Shown piece by piece: positions 56,931 through 64,000 of a stretch of 64,000 bases of DNA (position 1 is the first letter of the stretch; every line of letters begins with the position of its first letter). This DNA is from Acidobacteriaceae bacterium (GTDB lineage Bacteria > Acidobacteriota > Terriglobia > Terriglobales > Acidobacteriaceae), in the NCBI GenBank assembly GCA_965277145.1, contig OZ255717.1, forward strand, positions 435,626 to 499,625, read 5' to 3'. Under the pieces are notes generated by a model. The model saw only the letters and a list, made by a program, of their open reading frames with translations. It ran no database searches and was not told the origin of the DNA. The translations under genes and the position numbers were made by a program.

Positions 56931-57494
56931 ATGTCGCAGACCTCTGTCCCCAACACGGCTCAGGAACGTACCTTCCCCCCCGGCTCTGAGCTGCACGCGA
57001 GCACCTCCGAAGATCGGCCCGCGATAGGCCCCCGGCGCGACCGCGGCCTGCTCGTCATCGGTCTGTTCAAGCTCGCCAAGTCGATCCTCTTCTTCTGCAT
57101 CGGCGTCGGCGCCATCCATCTCCTGCACAAGGACCTCAGCGACGAGGTCGTCCGGGTCGCGACCGCCCTCCGCTTCGACCCCGAAAGCCACTTCGTCTCC
57201 CTTCTCCTCGAGAAGGTCGACCTGATCAACGTGCACCGACTCCGCGAGATCGGGATCGCCACCTTTGCCTACTCCGGCGTGGCCTTGACCGAAGGCATCG
57301 GCCTCTTACGCCGCAAGGTCTGGGCCGAGTACCTCACCCTCGTCCTCACCGCGTCGGCCCTTCCCTGGGAGATCTTCGAACTCCTCCGCAGACCGACCTG
57401 GTTCCGGTTGTATCTGTTCGTCATCAACCTGTGCGTCCTCGGCTACTTGCTTTGGCTCCTCAAAAAGAAGCGGGCCCTCGCAGGTACCTCCTAG
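56931..57494 (+). CDS. DUF2127 family membrane protein
   Basis: GLLVIGLFKLAK, EGIGLL..KVWAEYLT, LPWEIFEL. Confidence 0.85.
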   Translation: MSQTSVPNTAQERTFPPGSELHASTSEDRPAIGPRRDRGLLVIGLFKLAKSILFFCIGVGAIHLLHKDLSDEVVRVATALRFDPESHFVSLLLEKVDLINVHRLREIGIATFAYSGVALTEGIGLLRRKVWAEYLTLVLTASALPWEIFELLRRPTWFRLYLFVINLCVLGYLLWLLKKKRALAGTS

Positions 57495-57724
57495 CGCCAC
57501 CGTCACCCACTACAGGTTACCTAGCAGAAGCAGGTTTCGCCTTTACTTCGCTTATCAGACCTTTGTCAATGACGCAATAGGGTCATAAGGCCAGCATCTT
57601 CCCAGTAAACACTACATATAGCGCTTGGCCTCACCTCAGCGCCTATAGGCTGCACTTCCCAAATCCCTGGGAAGTTCTCAACCGTTTCTACTCAATTTTT
57701 CCACTAGATCAACTGAATTAGTCC

Positions 57725-57788
57725 TTGCGCTTCCGTCAGGCGCAGGTCATTCTTTGGATAGGAAGTGGTCAAAAGTGGAGTGAAAGGG
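57725..57788 (+). promoter_or_regulatory. dcw promoter with MraZ boxes
   Basis: TTGCGC-N17-CATTCT (57725-57753) followed by GTGG-N6-GTGG-N6-AGGG at a 10-bp period (57765, 57775, 57785), matching the known MraZ repeat spacing. Confidence 0.7.
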
Positions 57789-57851
57789 ACTAGCAACCGC
57801 CTCTTTCAAACAAAAGCTTACTCCACCAGCGACGTCGGGGGCCGATCAGAG

Positions 57852-58286
57852 ATGTTTCGCGGAAATCACCCAACGCGCGTAGACGAAAAAGGCCGGCTCA
57901 AACTGCCCGCCGAGTTCAAACGAAGGATCGACGAGGTGTACGGACCGCAGTTCTACATCACGAGCAAAGATGGCGAACGAGCGGAGATCTACCCGCTCAA
58001 GGAGTGGGAGGCGATCGAAAGCAGACTGGCCGCGGTTCCCAACATGAACCCGGCAAAGAAAAAGTTTCTGGACGTCACGAACTACTACGGCCAGATGGCG
58101 GAGATGGACCAGCAGGGCCGGGTGCTGTTGCCGCAGATTCTCAGAGATTCGGCAAAAGTGACCGGAGATGTAGTTGTCCTTGGCGTACAAACGTTTCTCG
58201 AAGTCGCAAATCGCGAAAGCTTCGAGGCCAAGGTGAAGGGTTTGACCGCGGAAGATCAGGCCGCGCTTGCAGATCTCGGGCTCTAA
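57852..58286 (+). CDS. mraZ: Division/cell wall cluster repressor MraZ
   Basis: MFRG.....VDEKGRLKLP; MDQQGRVLLP; two SpoVT-AbrB repeats. Confidence 0.96.
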   Translation: MFRGNHPTRVDEKGRLKLPAEFKRRIDEVYGPQFYITSKDGERAEIYPLKEWEAIESRLAAVPNMNPAKKKFLDVTNYYGQMAEMDQQGRVLLPQILRDSAKVTGDVVVLGVQTFLEVANRESFEAKVKGLTAEDQAALADLGL

Positions 58287-58348
58287 CCGGCAACGGCAGG
58301 CCAGCCCAACAGATTGCCTCCCAGTGAGGCGCACATAAGGCGGGGGAA

Positions 58349-59254
58349 GTGATGGATCGACCGCAGCATGTGCCGGTTCTTTTAGACGAAGTAATGAAGT
58401 TTCTCAACGTGCAGCCCGACGGCGTCTACGTGGACGCAACGCTCGGTCTGGGCGGCCACTCCGCGGCGATCCTGCGGCGGCTAGGGCCCACCGGCAAGTT
58501 GATCTGCTTTGACCGCGACCCGGCCGCGATGGAGCTGGGCCAGGCCCGGCTCAGAGAGGTCCAACGAGACATGGGAGAGATGGGCGCCGAGGCAGCCGCC
58601 GTCGAGTTCCAGCCGCGGCCGTTCTCGGAGGCCGCAAGCACCCTCCCTCCCGGCAGCTTGGACGGCTTGCTCGCCGACTTCGGCGTCAGCAGCCTGCAGC
58701 TCGACGAGGCGCACAGAGGATTCAGTTTTCGGACCGACGGCCCGCTGGACATGCGAATGGATACGCGCAGCGGAGAAACGGCCCAACAGGTGGTAAATCA
58801 GGAGGACGAGGATCGACTCGCCGACCTGATTTACGAATTCGGAGAGGAAAGGAGGTCGCGGAGAATCGCCAGAGCCATTGTGCGGGCGCGGCCGATACAC
58901 ACAACAGCCCAGTTGGCTCACGTTGTATCGGCCGTCGCCCCATCAATGAAAGGCGAAAAAATCCATCCGGCGACACGGACCTTTCAGGCACTCCGGATTC
59001 GGGTAAACAACGAGTTGGGCGAGATCCAATCGCTGCTTGCGAGCGCGGGATCTCTCCTAAAACCGGGCGGGCGGATCGTCCTCATCAGCTTCCACTCGCT
59101 CGAAGACCGGCTGGTAAAAGACAGCTTCCGGGAAGCCGGAAGAAACAAAGTTTTTCAGGTGCTGACAAAGAAACCAGTAGCGCCGGAGGAGCAGGAGCAA
59201 CTGCGAAATCCACGAAGTCGAAGCGCAAAACTCAGAGCCGCGGAAAAAGTTTAG
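58349..59254 (+). CDS. rsmH: 16S rRNA m4C1402 methyltransferase
   Basis: HVPVLLDE, DATLGLGGHS, DFGVSSLQLD...RGFSF, HPATRTFQALRI, ISFHSLEDR, NPRSRSAKLR. Confidence 0.98.
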   Translation: MMDRPQHVPVLLDEVMKFLNVQPDGVYVDATLGLGGHSAAILRRLGPTGKLICFDRDPAAMELGQARLREVQRDMGEMGAEAAAVEFQPRPFSEAASTLPPGSLDGLLADFGVSSLQLDEAHRGFSFRTDGPLDMRMDTRSGETAQQVVNQEDEDRLADLIYEFGEERRSRRIARAIVRARPIHTTAQLAHVVSAVAPSMKGEKIHPATRTFQALRIRVNNELGEIQSLLASAGSLLKPGGRIVLISFHSLEDRLVKDSFREAGRNKVFQVLTKKPVAPEEQEQLRNPRSRSAKLRAAEKV

Positions 59255-59485
59255 AAGTACGTCCTTTGTTGTTTCACTTGCACCAATTTTAGTGCATGTT
59301 AACTAGGACATCAATAGATCGGGCTGGGGTTGTCCCACCGTGCTTTCAGGCGAAAGACAACTCCGTAACACAAGTCCCCTCCTCCACTAGCAACCCCGGC
59401 CCGGTTAGCTCGAGGATGGCGGCAAAATTTAGCAGGTAGCAGGTCCCACAAGGGCCTGAGAGTTTGAGCAAAAGAGGGTAGGACA

Positions 59486-60016
59486 ATGGCAACAGCGGCG
59501 ATGGCAGGGCAGGGAATGGACATGGTGGGCGCAACGCGGTTGGCAACGGCGAAGCGGTCGCCCGCGCAGACCCTGGCGGAACGCAACCTGGCATTGTTTG
59601 AGGCGCAGCGACGATCGCGCCGCGGTCCCACGCCCGAGGTCTTCTTCACCAAACACATCGACAACAGCCGCATCGTCAAGGCCGACGACCCCGACCGGCG
59701 CCGCGAAATGCGGCAGTTCACCGCCGTCATGAGCGTCCTGTTCTGCCTCGTCATGGTCTACGTCTGGCAGCACTTCTCGTCCGTCGAAATGGGCTACCAC
59801 GTCGAAACGCAGAAGCTCCAGGTCGAGCAGATGCGCGAAGAAAACCGGCAGCTGCGTCTGTCCGAGGCGCAGCTCAGCGATCCCCAGCGCATCGACACCT
59901 TGGCCAAGCAGCTGGGCCTCAACGCGCCTGAACCCGGCCAGGTCGTGCGCCCCGACGGATCGGCAGACCCGAACGCCCCCGTGTTGGCCGAGGCCGGCCC
60001 CGTCGCCCTCCGGTAG
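59486..60016 (+). CDS. ftsL: Cell division protein FtsL
   Basis: Position between rsmH and ftsI; TM, coiled coil, LSDPQRIDTLAKQLGL. Confidence 0.88.
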   Translation: MATAAMAGQGMDMVGATRLATAKRSPAQTLAERNLALFEAQRRSRRGPTPEVFFTKHIDNSRIVKADDPDRRREMRQFTAVMSVLFCLVMVYVWQHFSSVEMGYHVETQKLQVEQMREENRQLRLSEAQLSDPQRIDTLAKQLGLNAPEPGQVVRPDGSADPNAPVLAEAGPVALR

Positions 60017-60064
60017 ATCCCCAAGAAGGTCCAGAGAGGCCTCAAGCAAGATCAAAGAGCTGGA

Positions 60065-62497
60065 GTGAAGTTCGTGATGGGAAACAAACAAGCGCCACGG
60101 CAGACCCTGACCGCTCCGATCCGAAGAGTGCGGTTCGCCTACGTGGCGCTCTTCTTCTGCCTCTGGACCGCAATGATCGGTCTCCGCCTCACCTGGCTCC
60201 AGGTCGTCCGGCACTCTGACTTCGTCCACCGGGCCGCCATGCAGCAGCAGCGCACGTTCGAGGTAGCGCCGCGCCGAGGCGTTCTCTACGACCGCAACCT
60301 CCGCGAACTCGCGATGACCGTCTCGGTCGATAGCGTCTACGCCGTGCCCAGCGAACTCGGCGAAAATCGCCCCGAAGCCGCCGCCATGCTGGCCCGGCTC
60401 GTCCACACCGACGCCCGCGATACCTTCACCAGCGAAGCTCAGCTGCTCGCGCGATTCAACGCCTCTCGTAACTTCGCCTGGGTCGCCCGCCGTCTCGACC
60501 CCGAGACGGCAACCCGCGTCCGTGAGCTGAACCTCAAGGGCGTGTACCTCCAAAAGGAGTTCAAGCGCTTCTACCCCAACAACGACCTCGGCGCCCAGAT
60601 GCTCGGCTACGTCGGCATGGACGACACCGGTCTCGGCGGTCTCGAGCGGCAGTTCGACGACGACATGCACGGGGCGCCCGGACACATGCTCACCGCCGTC
60701 GATGCGAAGCACCATGTGCTGGGCTCGGACGAGCAGCAGCCCATGCCCGGCGAAAACCTCGTCCTCACCGTCGACGCCAACATCCAGTACATGGCCGAGC
60801 GCGCCCTCGACGCACAGATGGAAAAGGTCAAGGCGCTCCACGGCACCGTGGTCGTGCAGGACCCGCACACCGGGCAGATCCTCGCCCTCGCCATCGCCCC
60901 CCGCTTCAACCCCAACGATCAACGCCACATGGACGCAAGCGTTCTGACCAACCTCGCCGTCAGCGATGTGTACGAGCCCGGATCGACCTTCAAGCTCGTC
61001 ACCTACGCCGCCGCCCTCGACGGCGCGGGCGTGCAGCCGACCGACAAGGTCGACTGCCAGGGCGGCGCCATGACCATGTACGGCCGCACCCTGCACGACG
61101 ACAAATCCGATCACTTCGGCGTCGTCACCGTGCAATACGCGCTTGAACACTCGAGCGACGTCGGCGCCGCCAAAATGGCGCTCAAGCTCGGATCGACCAA
61201 GTTCTACGACTACATGCGCGGCTTCGGCTTCGGCGACCGCTCCGGCATCGAGCTGCCCAGCGAGACGCGCGGCCTCCTTCGCAACCCAAAGAAGTGGGGC
61301 GCGACCAGCATCCTGTCGATGGCCATCGGGCAGGAGATCGGCGTCACGCCCGTCCAGCTCGTCACCATGGTCAGCACCATCGCCAACGGCGGCGTCTACA
61401 TGCCGCCCCACGTCCTGCTTGAGAGCGCCGACGCCATGAAGGGCGATCCGCGCCTGCAACCCATGACCTTTCGCCCCACCAACCAGCTCCCCGCGAAGCT
61501 CCCCGACGGAGCCCACCGCGTCATCTCCGAGATGACCTCGGCCAAAATGCGCATGATGATGCAGGGCATCGTCACCGAGGGCACCGGAAAACTCGCCGCT
61601 CTGAACGGCTACACCTCCGCCGGAAAGACGGGCACGGCCCAAAAAATCGACGTCGCCACCCACACCTACTCGCACACCAAACTGGTCGCGAGCTTTGCCG
61701 GCTTCGCCCCGGTCTCAAACCCCGCCATCTCCGTCACCGTCGTGATCGACAACCCGACCGTCGGCGCCAGCAAATACGGCGGCGCCGTCAGCGCTCCCGT
61801 CTTCGCCGAGGTAGCGCAGCAGGTCCTCGAGTACCTCGGCGTCCCCCACGATCAACCGCTCAAATCAACCAAGGAGCTCCTCGCCGAGCAGCACACAGGC
61901 GAGCTCAGAGAGACCCCCTCGGACAACACCGCCGACCTGAGCGCCATGTTCGCCGACATCAACAGCCTGCCCGCCGACGATCCGCTCCGCACCCCAAACC
62001 CAGGCGCCAACCTCCCACTGACCTCCTCAGACCAACCCGGTCCGATCGTCGCCGACGCCGCCCCACCGCCTCACACCCCACCCGCCCACGCCCAGCTCCC
62101 GACAGCCCAGATCCCGACATCTCAGCTCCCGACGGCTCAGCTCCGCCCACCTACAATCTCCCGGCTCCTACCGGCCAGCGTCCTGCAGGCGTTCCGCGCA
62201 GCCGGCGGCACCGACTCCACCATCGCCGACACCAGCCCCAGTAGACCGGAGAAGCTCCCCGCCCCAGACATCCCACCCATTGCACGAACAGAAGGTCGCG
62301 GCATCATCGTCGACGCCACCAGACGCATCCCCGTCCCGTCGTTCACCGGAGAAGGCCTCCGATCCGTGATCGAGCAGGCCTCCGCCGTAGGCCTCCGCGT
62401 GCAGCCCGTCGGCAGCGGCATGGCACGCGAACAAGTACCCACGCCCGGCACAATGGTGCCCGCCGGAACCGAGGTCGTCGTCCGCTTTCTCCGTTAG
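60065..62497 (+). CDS. ftsI: Class B penicillin-binding protein FtsI/PBP3 with C-terminal PASTA-like domain
   Basis: dcw position; RRGVLYDRN, YEPGSTFK, HSSD, GKTGTAQK; Pro-rich linker; VPSFTGEGLR. Confidence 0.93.
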   Translation: MKFVMGNKQAPRQTLTAPIRRVRFAYVALFFCLWTAMIGLRLTWLQVVRHSDFVHRAAMQQQRTFEVAPRRGVLYDRNLRELAMTVSVDSVYAVPSELGENRPEAAAMLARLVHTDARDTFTSEAQLLARFNASRNFAWVARRLDPETATRVRELNLKGVYLQKEFKRFYPNNDLGAQMLGYVGMDDTGLGGLERQFDDDMHGAPGHMLTAVDAKHHVLGSDEQQPMPGENLVLTVDANIQYMAERALDAQMEKVKALHGTVVVQDPHTGQILALAIAPRFNPNDQRHMDASVLTNLAVSDVYEPGSTFKLVTYAAALDGAGVQPTDKVDCQGGAMTMYGRTLHDDKSDHFGVVTVQYALEHSSDVGAAKMALKLGSTKFYDYMRGFGFGDRSGIELPSETRGLLRNPKKWGATSILSMAIGQEIGVTPVQLVTMVSTIANGGVYMPPHVLLESADAMKGDPRLQPMTFRPTNQLPAKLPDGAHRVISEMTSAKMRMMMQGIVTEGTGKLAALNGYTSAGKTGTAQKIDVATHTYSHTKLVASFAGFAPVSNPAISVTVVIDNPTVGASKYGGAVSAPVFAEVAQQVLEYLGVPHDQPLKSTKELLAEQHTGELRETPSDNTADLSAMFADINSLPADDPLRTPNPGANLPLTSSDQPGPIVADAAPPPHTPPAHAQLPTAQIPTSQLPTAQLRPPTISRLLPASVLQAFRAAGGTDSTIADTSPSRPEKLPAPDIPPIARTEGRGIIVDATRRIPVPSFTGEGLRSVIEQASAVGLRVQPVGSGMAREQVPTPGTMVPAGTEVVVRFLR

Positions 62498-62661
62498 ATA
62501 GCGTCTGATCAACCCCGCGCCATAGTCGCCCTGCTTTTCTTGGTTGTCATTCCCAGAGGGAATCTGCTTCTCGCCCCTGCCTTCTTGGTTGTCATTCCCG
62601 AAGGGAATCTGCTTTCCTTCCCAGCTGGCAAAACGCCCGCGAGCACTCAGTCAAACCTCCC
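62498..62661 (+). repeat. REP-like doublet inside IS5-like caps
   Basis: A units at 62546 and 62591; GTCTGATCAA at 62503; right end ACTCAGTCAAACCTCCC. Confidence 0.8.
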
Positions 62662-62676
62662 ATAAAATGGGTACGT

Positions 62677-64000
62677 ATGCATTGGAACAATCTCTTGCGC
62701 GCCGTAAAATCCCTCGATCGCAGAGACCCGCCAGCCGAGGTGTCCGGCGTCCAATACGACTCCCGCAAAGTGACACCCGGCGACCTGTTCGTCGCCATGC
62801 AAGGCGAGACCGCCGACGGCAACCTATACCTCGCCCAGGCGCTCCAGCGCGGCGCCGTCGCAGTCCTCACAGACTCGCGGCCGCACTTCGAAACCCTCGC
62901 ACATCAGCACCCTCACCTGCCTGCCGCCCTCGTCGCCCGCGGCCGGCGAGCTCTGGCGGAGGCAAGCTCCGCGATCTTCGGCCATCCCGAGCAGCATCTC
63001 GCATTAACAGCCGTCACCGGCACCAACGGAAAAACCACCACAGCCTTCCTGACCGAACAAATGCTGCAGAGCGCCGGTCGCAAGTGTGTTCTCGTCGGAA
63101 CCATCGAGACGCACGTCGCCGGCGAGGTTCGCCCCAGCCCCCACACCACACCCGAGAGCCGCGACCTTCTGCGAACCTTCGCCGACGGCGTCGCCCTGGG
63201 CGCGACCGAGGCGGTCATCGAGGCAAGTTCCCACGCACTCGAGCAGGAGCGGGTCTGGGGCATCCCGGTCGATGTGGCCGTCTGGACCAATCTCACGCAG
63301 GATCATCTCGATTATCACCAGACGATGGACCGCTACTTCAACGCCAAAGCCCGGCTCTTCGAAGGCGTCGGCACACCCCCGCCGCGCGTCGCCGTCCTGA
63401 ATGCCGATGACGCTTGGACGCCCGCTCTGCGCGACCGGAATCTGGCATCGGAGACGCTGACCTACGGCATCGCCTCCGGCGACTTCCGCGCCGAGGCAGT
63501 CAAAATCCGTGCCGGAGACACCGAATTCACCTGGAAAACCCCGGTCGGCGACATTGAAATCCATTCCCCACTGACCGGCCGCGTCAACGTCTACAACCTC
63601 CTCGCAGCCGCCTGCGCCTCCCTCGCTCGTGGCCTCACGCTCGACCAGATCGCCGGCGCGGCCTACTGGCTCAAGCAGGTGCCCGGCCGATTTCAAGTCG
63701 TTCGCGGCGGCCCCCCCGACGCCCCAACCGTCGTCGTCGACTACGCCCACACCGACGACGCCCTCCGCAACCTCATCGCGCTCGCTCGCGATCTCGTCCA
63801 CAACACCGGCGGCCGCGTCATCACAATCTTCGGCTGCGGCGGCGACCGCGACCGCCGCAAACGCCCGTTGATGGGTCGAGCCGCCGGCGATGGGAGCGAC
63901 CTCGTCGTACTCACCAGCGACAACCCCCGCACCGAAGATCCCCGCGCCATCCTCGCCGAGGCCCTGGCCGGCGTGCGCGAAACATCGACCGACTGCATCG
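62677..64000 (+). CDS. murE: UDP-MurNAc-tripeptide synthetase MurE (partial, runs off the right edge)
   Basis: YDSRKV.PGDLFVA, AVTGTNGKTTT, HTTPE, EASSHAL, TNLTQDHLDYH, VDYAHT, FGCGGDRD, TSDNPR (meso-DAP-type motif). Confidence 0.96.
   Translation, partial: MHWNNLLRAVKSLDRRDPPAEVSGVQYDSRKVTPGDLFVAMQGETADGNLYLAQALQRGAVAVLTDSRPHFETLAHQHPHLPAALVARGRRALAEASSAIFGHPEQHLALTAVTGTNGKTTTAFLTEQMLQSAGRKCVLVGTIETHVAGEVRPSPHTTPESRDLLRTFADGVALGATEAVIEASSHALEQERVWGIPVDVAVWTNLTQDHLDYHQTMDRYFNAKARLFEGVGTPPPRVAVLNADDAWTPALRDRNLASETLTYGIASGDFRAEAVKIRAGDTEFTWKTPVGDIEIHSPLTGRVNVYNLLAAACASLARGLTLDQIAGAAYWLKQVPGRFQVVRGGPPDAPTVVVDYAHTDDALRNLIALARDLVHNTGGRVITIFGCGGDRDRRKRPLMGRAAGDGSDLVVLTSDNPRTEDPRAILAEALAGVRETSTDCI

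Noticed and set aside
57654-57675. ACTTCCCA-N6-TGGGAAGT inverted repeat upstream of the dcw promoter
   Set aside because: Single short hairpin without a U-tract; cannot tell operator from terminator or chance.
59429-61675. 748-aa minus-strand ORF
   Set aside because: Antisense shadow of ftsL/ftsI with no motifs.
1-64000. tRNA, rRNA or known riboswitches
   Set aside because: No cloverleaf or rRNA signatures recognised by eye; tRNAscan-SE or Infernal would be needed to exclude them fully.

Overview
High-GC chromosomal segment, most likely from an Acidobacteriota (Granulicella/Edaphobacter/Terriglobus-like; inferred from gene content and repeat types, not searched). The backbone is housekeeping: ald, mreB, phoH-ybeY-corC, rpsT, NtrY-like kinase, NtrX-like regulator, era, mreC, mreD, mrdA and the start of the dcw cluster (mraZ, rsmH, ftsL, ftsI, murE). 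Normally contiguous operons are split by insertions. Accessory content includes outer-membrane barrels, an orphan GvpL/F gene, GH16, GH2, a GtaA-like protein, tandem esterases, M13 and S41 peptidases, a BrnT-type toxin-antitoxin pair, and three decayed IS elements at 27.9-30.4 kb. Best candidate for an undescribed system: a lower-GC divergent gene pair right after mrdA (43.7-45.8 kb). It encodes a SEC-C/HEPN-like protein and a 232-aa protein with two R-X4-H HEPN motifs, with a perfect palindrome just before the second start. Second candidate: a family of same-orientation REP-like hairpins packaged in MITE-like caps, several of which abut stop codons. No tRNA, rRNA, cas genes or CRISPR array were recognised. 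All family names come from motif recognition by eye; no database search was run.
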